64,000 bases of DNA from an uncultured Acidimicrobiales bacterium. Its GTDB lineage: Bacteria; Actinomycetota; Acidimicrobiia; Acidimicrobiales; Bin134. The notes under the pieces were generated by a model that worked only from the letters and a program-made list of their open reading frames with translations, was not told where the DNA came from and did not search any database. The stretch spans positions 1,688,990 to 1,752,989 of the forward strand of contig OX638344.1 in the NCBI GenBank assembly GCA_951813555.1, in the 5' to 3' direction. Positions within the stretch are counted from its first letter, which is position 1; every line of letters begins with the position of its first letter. This document shows, one piece after another, positions 9,207 to 18,409 of the stretch. Position numbers and translations under genes: made by a program.

Positions 9207-10205
9207 ATGGCGACTCTGGTTGCCGACAAAGCACCGACGCTCGATGATGCCGCCCGCGGCGCTGAGGCGATAGCCGCGGCCGATCCGCACATTGTCCGAA
9301 TCGTGGTCTTCGGGTCGGTGGCAAAGAGCACCCAGCAGCCCGGCTCCGACATCGACATCATCGTCGTCACCAGTACATCTCGGCCGTCAGCCGAAGATCG
9401 CCGGGCGACCAAGTACGCCCTGCGCCAGGCGGCTGAAACCGCATGCGGGATCAAATGCGAGGTGATCCTCGCCACTATCGGCGAATGGGAGTGGAGCTTG
9501 GAGCATGCCCGTTCCTCCGTTTTCGGGGAAGCGCATGCCCACGGCGTCATCCTCATGCAGCGCCCCTGCCCACCTCCGGCCCTATGGGCCGAGGAGATCG
9601 CTGTGCTGCGAGACGACTGGGGCCTCGCCCTCAAAGACCTTGAAGAGGCCCACCGCAAGAACTTGGAACTAATCCGAATCCTCGAGTCCATCCCCGGCAA
9701 AGCAGCCGCGGGCGAATGGTTGTCTGCCGACCGCGGGTATGCCTATGAGTCTGCGCTGGAATCCGCCCACATGAGCATCGAGAAGAGCCTGACCGCGCTG
9801 GGCCGGCTCCACCTTCGCCGATATCTCGACAACACCCACGCCATCGATGTCATGGCTGGCAAGCTCCGCTCAACCCCGTCTGGTCGTTTCGTCGATAGCG
9901 TGCTGGACACGCTCGACACCGCCGAGAACGACGGTTCTCATACCAACTGGAGGCTCGCTCCCTATCTGGGCCAGTCGGACTCATTCCAACAGATGATCGC
10001 CCCCAACAACACCGCCGCCCACATACGCGCCGCCGCCGACCTCCTTGAGCACGCTCTTGCCGCCACCGCCAAGTCCGCCCTGCGCCCCATCCCCATCCCT
10101 ACCGACGATGCCACCACCCTCTACCGCTTTGCGGAGCCCATCGACTACCTCCGCCACCACGCCACCCCCGACTACCTGCAAACCGGAATTCCTCCATGTC
10201 CTTGA
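9207..10205 (+). CDS. Fused nucleotidyltransferase (MNT) - HEPN domain protein
   Basis: The N-terminus carries the minimal NTase motif VVFGSVAKSTQQPGSDIDIIVV. The C-terminal helical region carries the RRYLDNTH (Rx4-6H) HEPN motif at nt 9816..9839. Confidence 0.6.
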   Translation: MATLVADKAPTLDDAARGAEAIAAADPHIVRIVVFGSVAKSTQQPGSDIDIIVVTSTSRPSAEDRRATKYALRQAAETACGIKCEVILATIGEWEWSLEHARSSVFGEAHAHGVILMQRPCPPPALWAEEIAVLRDDWGLALKDLEEAHRKNLELIRILESIPGKAAAGEWLSADRGYAYESALESAHMSIEKSLTALGRLHLRRYLDNTHAIDVMAGKLRSTPSGRFVDSVLDTLDTAENDGSHTNWRLAPYLGQSDSFQQMIAPNNTAAHIRAAADLLEHALAATAKSALRPIPIPTDDATTLYRFAEPIDYLRHHATPDYLQTGIPPCP

Positions 10206-10249
10206 TAGTGCTGAGCTTCCCCCTTTTCGTGGAGACATGGTGGTGATTA

Positions 10250-10666
10250 TCAGAGCGAGCCTCGGGGGGCGACCCATTCCACCGGCTGGCCGGTGTACGC
10301 GGCGATCCGGTCAAAGTCGGAGTCGTAGTGGATGACGGTCAAGTGGTTGACCTCGGCAATCGCGGCGATCAGCAAGTCCGGGAGGGGAACCCGGTGCTGG
10401 CCCCGCCGGGCAAGTCCGTGCTGGACTTCGATTGCTCGGTCGGTGACCGTTTCGGTGATCGGATATGAGGGCAGGGCGCGCCTTTCGTCAAGTATCTGCT
10501 CGTAGTCGGCAAAGGAGCGGGCGCTGTAGAGCACTTCGAGGTCGATGATCGGGCAAGTCGCCACGTATCCGTCGATCAGCAGCGGGCCGAGCCGCTGGGC
10601 GATTTCGGGGGTGTTCATGCGCGTGAGCGCGCTCTTGTCTGCGAGGTAGTGCGGGGTCAACGCCAC
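10250..10666 (-). CDS. vapC: PIN-domain toxin VapC
   Basis: The sequence is PIN-like (YLADKSAL..., ...DLLIAAIAEVNHLTVIHYDSDFDRIA). It overlaps the upstream antitoxin. The start is GTG 10666 or TTG 10660 (TTGA overlap). Confidence 0.8.
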   Translation of the reverse strand: MALTPHYLADKSALTRMNTPEIAQRLGPLLIDGYVATCPIIDLEVLYSARSFADYEQILDERRALPSYPITETVTDRAIEVQHGLARRGQHRVPLPDLLIAAIAEVNHLTVIHYDSDFDRIAAYTGQPVEWVAPRGSL

Positions 10667-10869
10667 GCGGTGGCCATGATGTCATCGTCGGCGAGGTCGG
10701 TGCCGTCAAGATTGGCGAGCCTCTGGGCGTGCCGCAGCCTCAGATCGGCTTTGACGGTATGCAGCAAGGCCGAGTTCACCGTTTCCTTCATGGTTGTGGC
10801 TCCGATGACCTCGCGGGCCCGCTCAAGCAGCGCATCGTCGATGTCGATCAGGCGTTTCGTCATAGACAT
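10657..10869 (-). CDS. vapB: VapB-type antitoxin
   Basis: MSMTKRLIDIDDALLERAREVIGATTMKETVNSALL is a typical VapB/DUF2191-like antitoxin sequence. The start is ATG 10869 or ATG 10863. Confidence 0.75.
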   Translation of the reverse strand: MSMTKRLIDIDDALLERAREVIGATTMKETVNSALLHTVKADLRLRHAQRLANLDGTDLADDDIMATAWR

Positions 10870-10937
10870 GAGTATATCCACTCTGTGCATCCGGTATATA
10901 CCCGGCTGCCACTACGCACCAGCCCGCTGGTGTCTGC

Positions 10938-11273
10938 TTAGCGTGTTTTGGAACCGATCTGGATTGGGATGACAGTTTCTTCCTCGTCGCCTTCAAAAAC
11001 GGCGGAAATCCGCAGTGTGGCGCCAAGTCCCTGTACATAGTTGTCGAGGGTGGAGATCAAGATGTCGTCCCCGCGCTCAAACTGGGAAACGGCAGATTGC
11101 GTGATTCCCATGGCCTCGGCCAGATCAGTCTGCGACAGCTTGAGGACTCCTCGGATTTCTTGGAGTTCAATCTCGGCCAAGGTCTCCTTGCGGAGTTCCG
11201 CGAGTCGTTCGACGGCACCGGGCCGGGTAATGACCTTTTGATGAAGACGGTGATAACTCTTGCTTGATGGCAT
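10938..11273 (-). CDS. XRE-family helix-turn-helix protein (antitoxin/Aca-like or local regulator)
   Basis: The HTH is LKLSQTDLAEAMGITQSAVSQFERG. Length is 111 aa. It is transcribed away from the cas operon. Confidence 0.7.
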   Translation of the reverse strand: MPSSKSYHRLHQKVITRPGAVERLAELRKETLAEIELQEIRGVLKLSQTDLAEAMGITQSAVSQFERGDDILISTLDNYVQGLGATLRISAVFEGDEEETVIPIQIGSKTR

Positions 11274-11351
11274 TGTGGTGGTCCTTCATTCGTCGGTGTA
11301 CTCGACCTCCCACACCAGGCCACTATAAGTAATGACTAATAGAAGTTCAAC

Positions 11352-11648
11352 CTAATACTCCAACACTTCGAACCCGAGGCAGCGGAGTACACAAACCGCA
11401 GAATCGGAACTGCTCACGCCCCCATTCAGCTTCCCTTCCCATCTGGTCACTCCAGCGGCGATTCCGACGATCGCCTTCGATGGGTAGCCCTTCTGCTCCC
11501 ACACCAACCAGTATCGCCGCGCTGCCCTATATCCCCACTGCCTCGCAACCCCATCAGCACCCAGCCTGTCGTATTCGGCTATCGCCTTGAGGATATCGGA
11601 GCAGGTGATGCTGTCAGTCCACTTCACTTGCTGAGTCTTGCACCTCAC
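11352..11648 (-). CDS. Small hypothetical protein (98 aa), upstream partner of the XRE gene
   Basis: GTG-initiated ORF with coding-like codon usage in an AT-richer stretch. The segment ILKAIAEYDRLG...WGYRAARRYWLVWEQKGYPSKAIVGIAAG recalls, from memory only, the N-terminal 'head' domain seen in McrA-like HNH nucleases. Confidence 0.4.
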   Translation of the reverse strand: MRCKTQQVKWTDSITCSDILKAIAEYDRLGADGVARQWGYRAARRYWLVWEQKGYPSKAIVGIAAGVTRWEGKLNGGVSSSDSAVCVLRCLGFEVLEY

Positions 11649-11845
11649 CCGACAGCCCCATAAGTAGGCGATTCCACTGCCCCGTGCCTGCTGAAGAAAT
11701 TGAAGTCGGCGTGTCTCCAGGAGGGCGACAAAGGCGTTTCAACCAGGTGCTATGTGTCCATTGAGCAATGATCAAGACCATATTGTCATCACCTCTTGCT
11801 AACGTCACCGACACCTTTGCCAATGGAAGAAGAGGAGAGGGCTTT

Positions 11846-13093
11846 ATGACCCAACTAATGCAGGAAGAAGGACACGTCTCTCTGCTGACGTACGAGAAAC
11901 TGCGAGATGCGGTAGCGGGAGGAGCTGTTGCGCTGAGGTCCCGGACGGAGTTGCAGCCGGCGGACGGGCCAGGGGGAAAGGTATTTCCGCCGACCTATGC
12001 GGTGAACGCCGGGCACAAGTACGCCGTTGAGACTCGCCAGATTGGTGACCGTGAGGTGCAGACGGTCCTTTTGGACTCGGTGGCATCTCAAGCGAACCGT
12101 GCCGAGTTGGCTCTGTTGGAGGGCTGGGAGGCTGGTGAATTGAAGTTTCCTGTCCCATACGTCGACTTCTCAACGGAGAATGGTGAGTTCAACGATGTTG
12201 GCCGACTGACTGTGTTGGAGGCACCCCATCGGCTTGCTGACGCTATCTTCCGCGACAGCCTCCTTGACGGCACGCTGTTTCGTCTGTCTGAGGTAGGTCG
12301 AGCGATTACTGACGCGCAGCCCCGCAACGCAACCGCACTGTTCCGGTATGCCCCCACGGCGCTGCTGTTCGGCCAGTGGGACTCCACTGGGCCAAAGGGC
12401 GGTCTGGGGTCCAAGTTCCAGCGGGCATACGTGTCTGAGATTGTCGGCCACGATGTGCGGATTGGGCGCAAAGTCGGAAGTCGGTTGGATCCGCTTCAGA
12501 TAGAGCGGGAGGCGGCAGTGGTTTATGAGCATCAGGACTCTGAACAGCACTGGACACTGGATAAAGCCGAAGCCGCCGTAGAGAAGAGCAAGCCAAGAGT
12601 CGCTGGGGCTGACGGGAAACCTTCTCAGATCAACCACGGGAACATCGCTCCCAGCATTGATGCTGTTTCGGGGGGCGTAACGATTTCGGCCGCGGTTCAG
12701 ACGACCGTGATCTCGCTCGCCGCTCTTCGCCGTCTGCGGTTTGCCGGCTACAGCCGAGAGGCAGAAGCCGCAGCACGGACAGCGGTTGCCGCGCTAGGAG
12801 TGGCTGCTCTGGTCTTGCAGCACGAAATGGATCACGACCTACGGTCCCGTTGCCTATTGATCCCGCAGCATTTGCCACGCATCGAACTGGTTGGTCGCGA
12901 TGGCGCAGCTCCAAAGAGCGTCGAAGTCGACCGCGATGCCGCAGCTCAGATTCTGGCCCAGTCTGCACAGGCATCAGCTGATCTGGATTTGGGGTGGGAG
13001 ACTGCCGAGATCAAGCTCCAGCCAGCTCCCAAGCTGCTTGAGCTACTCCGGCGCAGTCGTGAGGTTTCTGCACGCGAGACTCCGGGGGAGTGA
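11846..13093 (+). CDS. cas7: Type I-G/I-U Cas7 (Csb1, GSU0053 family)
   Basis: The motif GKVFPPTYA and overall RAMP-like composition match the Csb1/Cas7u family as I remember it. ATG 11846 sits 6 nt after GGAGAGG. It is the first gene of the cas operon. Confidence 0.75.
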   Translation: MTQLMQEEGHVSLLTYEKLRDAVAGGAVALRSRTELQPADGPGGKVFPPTYAVNAGHKYAVETRQIGDREVQTVLLDSVASQANRAELALLEGWEAGELKFPVPYVDFSTENGEFNDVGRLTVLEAPHRLADAIFRDSLLDGTLFRLSEVGRAITDAQPRNATALFRYAPTALLFGQWDSTGPKGGLGSKFQRAYVSEIVGHDVRIGRKVGSRLDPLQIEREAAVVYEHQDSEQHWTLDKAEAAVEKSKPRVAGADGKPSQINHGNIAPSIDAVSGGVTISAAVQTTVISLAALRRLRFAGYSREAEAAARTAVAALGVAALVLQHEMDHDLRSRCLLIPQHLPRIELVGRDGAAPKSVEVDRDAAAQILAQSAQASADLDLGWETAEIKLQPAPKLLELLRRSREVSARETPGE

Positions 13094-13096
13094 TCT

Positions 13097-14767
13097 GTGC
13101 TTGCCGTTGAGGTTAACTTCCTCACTGGCCGGTTCGTGGCTACCTCGCACAACGACCGAGAGGCCAGTGAGTGGCCGCCGCACCCAGCCAGGTTGTTCTC
13201 AGCCCTCGTTGCCGGCTGGGCCGAAGCCGGTGAAGATGATGCCGAGCGTGAGGTTCTGGAATGGCTGGAAGCTCAACCAGCCCCATCTCTTGCGACCTCA
13301 GAGGCTGATCCCCGCAGAACCGTGAGCTATTTCGTGCCGGTCAATGACGCCAGCATCATCAGTGGGGCTTGGTACAGGCGCCGCAGCGAGAATCTCGACA
13401 AGCTGGAAGATCAATTCGATTCCGAACTCCAGCAATCCGGTGGTGAGCTGACCAAGAAGGCCGAGCGGACCCGCGACAAGATTCAGAAGGAGCTAGACGT
13501 TGACAGCCAAGTGTCCAATGTAGGGACGACTTCGCCTAGGTCGGCATTGGAACTGCTGCCTGAAAGTAGAGGCAAGCAAGAACGGCACTTTCCGTCGGTC
13601 ACCCCGATCGAACCGCGGGTGACCTTCATTTGGCCAGATGCCCACTGCCGAGAGGCGACGAGGAACTCGTTGGACAACTTGCTCAAAAGGGTTACCCGCA
13701 TCGGGCACTCGTCATCTCTGGTGTCATGTCGTCTTGTCGGTGAACCGCCTGCCCCAAACTGGATCCCAGGAACAGGCAACCAGGTTCTTAGATGCGCTGG
13801 CCCTGGTCAGCTAACGGCACTGAAAGAGAGGTACCGACAGCACCAGGCCATCAGGCCGAGGTCGCTCCCGTTTTCTGCGATCCACTACGGCGAAGTGGCA
13901 GGCGAGCATGGGTCGTTGCCTCCGCTACTTCCAGACACGGCAGGAGAGTGGATCGTTTTCGAGTTTCTTGCGCGGTCGCGGCGGTTTCCTTCCTCGCGAA
14001 CCTTGGAAATCGCCTCCGCTATGCGGGCGGCCATCATGTCCTATGCCGAGGATCCAATTCCCGAAGGCCTAAGCGGTCATCAACCTGCCGGAAGCCCGAC
14101 CCTGGAACCGCATGTGGCTTTTTTGCCGCTGCCCTATGTGAGGTTCGAGCACGCCGACGGCAGAGTCATGGGACTAGCAGTGTCTCTGCCGGGATCTTTG
14201 ACCGAGGAGTCCCGGCGAGCGACCCTGCGGGCGATCGGTCGCTGGGAGCAACGGAGCGACTCGGGGCAATTAGTCCTCACCCTAGGTAGCAAGGGGCTAA
14301 TTCAGATCCAGCGCAAGAGCGGTCCGATTGATCTCGTGACAATCAGGCCAGAGCTTTGGAGCAAGCCTTCCAAGCAGTGGGTGTCAACCACCCCGATTGC
14401 CTTGCCCACCCATCCGGGGCCACTGAGCAAGGGGAGCGCTGCTGCTCGTTCCAAGGCCTGGGACCGAGCGGAACTGGCAGTGGTCGCTTCTTGTCGTCAT
14501 GTTGGGCTTCCAGAGCCAGCCCAAGTCGAGGTGTCGTTCGATCCTTTCGTTCGAGGCGCTAAGCCAGCCTCAGATTTCCCGACATTTCGCCAGCGAGGCC
14601 GTGATGGCAAGCCAGTTGCTCGTCGGCTCCTGCATGCCGCGTTGAGATTCGATCAGCCAGTCCAAGGGCCTCTGATGCTGGGAACCGGGCGCTTCCTGGG
14701 TCTTGGTCTGATGCGACCAGTGAGTGAATCGGAAATTGCTCGAGACGAGGCAGTAGGCGATGAGTGA
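13097..14767 (+). CDS. csb2: Type I-G/I-U Cas5-Cas6 fusion (Csb2, GSU0054 family)
   Basis: The N-terminus VEVNFLTGRFVATSH...EWPPHPARLFSALVAGW is the hallmark Csb2 start. Length is 556 aa. It has a GTG start and overlaps cas3 by 8 nt. Confidence 0.8.
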   Translation: MLAVEVNFLTGRFVATSHNDREASEWPPHPARLFSALVAGWAEAGEDDAEREVLEWLEAQPAPSLATSEADPRRTVSYFVPVNDASIISGAWYRRRSENLDKLEDQFDSELQQSGGELTKKAERTRDKIQKELDVDSQVSNVGTTSPRSALELLPESRGKQERHFPSVTPIEPRVTFIWPDAHCREATRNSLDNLLKRVTRIGHSSSLVSCRLVGEPPAPNWIPGTGNQVLRCAGPGQLTALKERYRQHQAIRPRSLPFSAIHYGEVAGEHGSLPPLLPDTAGEWIVFEFLARSRRFPSSRTLEIASAMRAAIMSYAEDPIPEGLSGHQPAGSPTLEPHVAFLPLPYVRFEHADGRVMGLAVSLPGSLTEESRRATLRAIGRWEQRSDSGQLVLTLGSKGLIQIQRKSGPIDLVTIRPELWSKPSKQWVSTTPIALPTHPGPLSKGSAAARSKAWDRAELAVVASCRHVGLPEPAQVEVSFDPFVRGAKPASDFPTFRQRGRDGKPVARRLLHAALRFDQPVQGPLMLGTGRFLGLGLMRPVSESEIARDEAVGDE

Positions 14768-17507
14768 GCTGACGGCAGAGGACTTTTCTGCCTACTTCCA
14801 GCAGGTCCATGGCCAAAGTCCGTTTCCATGGCAGCAGCGCCTCACTACCCAAGTGCTCAGCGACGGCCAATGGCCAGATGTCATTGATCTGCCCACTGGA
14901 ACCGGCAAGACCGCGGTGCTCGACACGGCGATATTCGCTTTGGCTGCTCGTCCCGAACTGTTTCCACGTCGAGTGGTTTTCGTCATCGACCGGAGGATCG
15001 TTGTCGACCAGGTTGTTCAACGTGCCCAGACAATTCAAGGGAAGATTCAAGAGGCCTCGACCCCGATACTGGCGAGCATCAAAGAGCGCCTGGGAGACAT
15101 AAGTGGAGAGTCACCACTGGGGGTAGTGGCCTTGCGAGGCGGAATCTCTATCGACGGAGAGTGGGCCCGTCGTCCCGACGAGCCCTGGGTGATGGTGTCC
15201 ACTGTGGACCAATACGGCTCCCGGCTGTTGTTCCGCGGCTATGGAGTTAGCCCGAAGATGCGTCCGGTACACGCTGGATTGGCTGGCAACGACTGTTTGG
15301 TGGTTCTCGATGAGGTCCATTTGAGCCGGGCATTTGCCGCGACATTGCAGGAAGTGGGAAGTCTCAGCAGCAATGGTGATCTTCCCCGGAGATTTCATGT
15401 AGTCGAGATGTCGGCAACGCCGACGAATTCCAACGGAAAACGGTTTGAGTTGACCGAAGCAGACTTGGAAGGCTCCGCTGAACTTCGTCGTCGTGCCAAG
15501 GCCGCTAAATCGGCCAAGCTGCATGATGCCGGACCGAAGGCTCCGCATGTGGCGATTCCAGCTTCCGTAAAGAAAATTCTGAAATCTGAGCTTGATCCGA
15601 CGATTCACAGGGTGGGTGTGATCGTCAACCGGGTACGAACGGCCCGTGAAATCCATCGGGAGCTATTGGAGGCTGGGTGCTCAGCGCATCTGATTACTGG
15701 GAGAATGCGGCCGCTCGACAAGGCAAGGTCGCTTGAAACGATTGCTTCGATAGTCGATCCAGACAAGCGGCCAGGTGGCGAGGGTCTGACTGTGGTAGTC
15801 GCTACTCAGGCCATCGAAGTCGGTGCAGATTTCAGCTTCGATGCGTTGATCACCGAGGTTGCTCCCATCGATAGCTTGCGGCAGCGATTCGGCCGGCTCG
15901 ACCGTCGGGGTGACCTTGCCGCGCGGACCGGGGAACCGGCAAAGGCCTGGATTGTCGGGGCTAAGGCGACGCTCAGCCCTACGCGACCAGATCCCATTTA
16001 CGGCGACTCGGCCCGAACCACGTGGGAGGAGCTACAGGAGCTGGAAGGGTTCGATTCCATCGACTTCAGCCCACGTCCTGAGTCGCCACATCATTTCCCC
16101 GAAGAGTGCTACGCCCCCGCAGCTCAAGCACCGCTACTTCTTAGTACGTACATGGATGCCTGGGTTCAGACGTTTCCCGAGCCAATTGTCCAGCCTGCCG
16201 TGGACTGGTTCTTGCACGGGATCGAACGTGAGCCACAAGTTGCAGATGTGAACATCGCCTGGCGCTACGACCAAACTCTGGATGCACTCAACGCGGTTCC
16301 GCTCCGTCCGGCTGAATTCCTTCAAGTCCCAATCGGGGCCGCGAAAGCCTGGCTTGGAGGAGCAGCTGAGGAAGTGCCAGTTGCTGATGTCAGTGCGAAA
16401 TCAGAGTCTGATGTGGCTTTTGGAAGCGCTCTGGGAACCGGTTGGCTTCGCTGGCGGGGATTTGACGAAGACCCCGAACCGATTTCGGTAGGCGCAATTC
16501 GTCCGGGGGACACTCTCATTGTCGATCCGTTGCGAGGCGGACTCTCCGGCGGTACCTGGGATCCCAATTCAACAAATCCAGTAGAAGACTTGGGAGACGA
16601 GGCTCAGGCCGCGTACGGCCAGCGCTACACCATGCGGCTGGACAAACAGCTAATGCCCGAGGACTGGTGGCCAACTCCACCACGCCCGGATGATGAGCAG
16701 GGAGCCTTGGAGCCTCTGTCTGAGCGGATCGACCGGTGGCTGGCCGAAGTTGCTGTTCTTCCCGATTTGCTCGAATGGCAGCAGGAAGCCGTCGAGAAGA
16801 TCAGGAACGGGGTCTTGATCAAGTCGTTGGATGACTACTACGTGCTTACCACCGGGAATGTCGATTTTTCGACGTTGGATGGTTCAGACCAATCATCGTC
16901 TTTCACCGGTACGGGTGTCACACTCCGCGGTCATCTGAGAGGAGTCGGGGAGCGGGCTGCCGATTATGGCCGCAGACTTGGCCTGAGTTCAGAGATTCAG
17001 GCCGACCTCAAACTCGCCGCCCAGCTCCACGACTTGGGCAAGGTCGACTCTCGTTTTCAAAAACAGATGGTCGGCGATGACGAAGTGCATCTGGCTATGC
17101 TCAGTGAGCCTCTAGCCAAGTCACTTCCAGGTGCCCGTCCTGAACGTGACAAATGGCCACCCGTTCGACACGAGATCATGAGCGTGGCCTTGGCCCAGTC
17201 CAACTCCGAGGTAATGGCTGCTGCCTGCGATCCCGATCTGGTCCTCCACCTCGTTGGCACCCATCACGGGTTTGCCCGTCCTCTTCCGCCGATTAGAGAA
17301 GACCTTTGTCCTGAGGTGCTCAAGTTCGATCACGAAGGTATCCCCATGGAAGCGAGCACCGAACTTGTGGAGAGCACACTGGCCTTGGAGATGGCCGACC
17401 GTTTCTGGAAATTGGTAGGGCGCTACGGCCATCACGGACTGGCATGGTTGGAAGCCATTCTCCGGCTTGCCGACCACCAACAGAGCGCCGAGGAGGCCAA
17501 CCAATGA
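14760..17507 (+). CDS. cas3: Cas3 helicase with C-terminal HD nuclease domain (type I-G architecture)
   Basis: Helicase motifs PTGTGKTA (Walker A) and VVLDEVHLS (DEVH) are present. The C-terminus carries the HD motifs LHDLGKVDSRFQ, RHEIMS and GTHHGFARP. Confidence 0.85.
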   Translation: MSELTAEDFSAYFQQVHGQSPFPWQQRLTTQVLSDGQWPDVIDLPTGTGKTAVLDTAIFALAARPELFPRRVVFVIDRRIVVDQVVQRAQTIQGKIQEASTPILASIKERLGDISGESPLGVVALRGGISIDGEWARRPDEPWVMVSTVDQYGSRLLFRGYGVSPKMRPVHAGLAGNDCLVVLDEVHLSRAFAATLQEVGSLSSNGDLPRRFHVVEMSATPTNSNGKRFELTEADLEGSAELRRRAKAAKSAKLHDAGPKAPHVAIPASVKKILKSELDPTIHRVGVIVNRVRTAREIHRELLEAGCSAHLITGRMRPLDKARSLETIASIVDPDKRPGGEGLTVVVATQAIEVGADFSFDALITEVAPIDSLRQRFGRLDRRGDLAARTGEPAKAWIVGAKATLSPTRPDPIYGDSARTTWEELQELEGFDSIDFSPRPESPHHFPEECYAPAAQAPLLLSTYMDAWVQTFPEPIVQPAVDWFLHGIEREPQVADVNIAWRYDQTLDALNAVPLRPAEFLQVPIGAAKAWLGGAAEEVPVADVSAKSESDVAFGSALGTGWLRWRGFDEDPEPISVGAIRPGDTLIVDPLRGGLSGGTWDPNSTNPVEDLGDEAQAAYGQRYTMRLDKQLMPEDWWPTPPRPDDEQGALEPLSERIDRWLAEVAVLPDLLEWQQEAVEKIRNGVLIKSLDDYYVLTTGNVDFSTLDGSDQSSSFTGTGVTLRGHLRGVGERAADYGRRLGLSSEIQADLKLAAQLHDLGKVDSRFQKQMVGDDEVHLAMLSEPLAKSLPGARPERDKWPPVRHEIMSVALAQSNSEVMAAACDPDLVLHLVGTHHGFARPLPPIREDLCPEVLKFDHEGIPMEASTELVESTLALEMADRFWKLVGRYGHHGLAWLEAILRLADHQQSAEEANQ

Positions 17508-18409
17508 ACGGCACTCACCTCACGGGCCTCGAAGGCACGAATCCCCTTGGATTTTTCGCGGCCTTGGGTGTGCAGGTCGCGTTCGAAGGGGAAGGAGAAG
17601 TACCTCGTTTGTGGTGGAGTGATGATGTTGTTCCTCACGCCGTGGTGGATGGTTCTTTCAGTATCGAGAACATCGCTTCCCGGGCGATGGAGGTGTTTCC
17701 TGCGTGGTTGGAGAGTCCTGCAATAAAAACTAGCCTTGAACCTGCTGGCGATGTGAAGTTCAACGAATGGGACATCACGACCTATCTCGACAATGCGCGA
17801 CTCGCTGGCCCTAATGCTGGTCTAGCAGCGTGTCTCGTGGCTGAAGGGAGCTTCGACAACAGCAATGCAGCAAAGCCAACCGATCTCTATTTCACAGCCG
17901 GCCAGCAAAAGTTCTTGAGGATGATCGTGGATATCCTCGAAGGAGTCACAGCAGAAGACCTGGAAATTGGAATAACTGGGCCATGGCCTTATCAGAGCAA
18001 GTTGAGTTCCCTCATGTGGGATGTCGCGGACGACAGCAACTACGCCTTGTCGGCCAGCGACCCCTCGAAAGGAAAGAAACTGACCAACCCCGGTGTAGAA
18101 GCCCTCGCGATTCTCGGTATCAGCAACTACCCGGTGTTCGGCAGTCCGGGCCGAACACGGACCCAAGGAACCTCTGGAGGGTGGAAACGCGGGGCTTTCG
18201 CATGGCCGATCTGGGCAAGACCGGCATCGCACAGAACTGTCTCTTCTCTGCTTGCTCACACCACAGGTGCCCAACCGGAATTGAGTACGCGGGCAGACCT
18301 GTACCCGTCTTGGGGTATCTCGCAGATCATGCAGTCAGCTATCAGACGCAGCGACCAGGGCGGATACGGCACGTTCGGTCCCCCTGAGGTTGTCTGGTCT
18401 CGTGGCTGA
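17504..18409 (+). CDS. Short Cas8-like large-subunit candidate (Cas8u/Csb3- or Csx17-like)
   Basis: An ATGA overlap joins it to the cas3 stop. The N-terminus LTGLEGTNPLGFFAALGVQVAF resembles the N-terminus of Csx17/Cas8u proteins. At only 301 aa, the assignment rests mainly on position in the operon. Confidence 0.5.
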   Translation: MNGTHLTGLEGTNPLGFFAALGVQVAFEGEGEVPRLWWSDDVVPHAVVDGSFSIENIASRAMEVFPAWLESPAIKTSLEPAGDVKFNEWDITTYLDNARLAGPNAGLAACLVAEGSFDNSNAAKPTDLYFTAGQQKFLRMIVDILEGVTAEDLEIGITGPWPYQSKLSSLMWDVADDSNYALSASDPSKGKKLTNPGVEALAILGISNYPVFGSPGRTRTQGTSGGWKRGAFAWPIWARPASHRTVSSLLAHTTGAQPELSTRADLYPSWGISQIMQSAIRRSDQGGYGTFGPPEVVWSRG

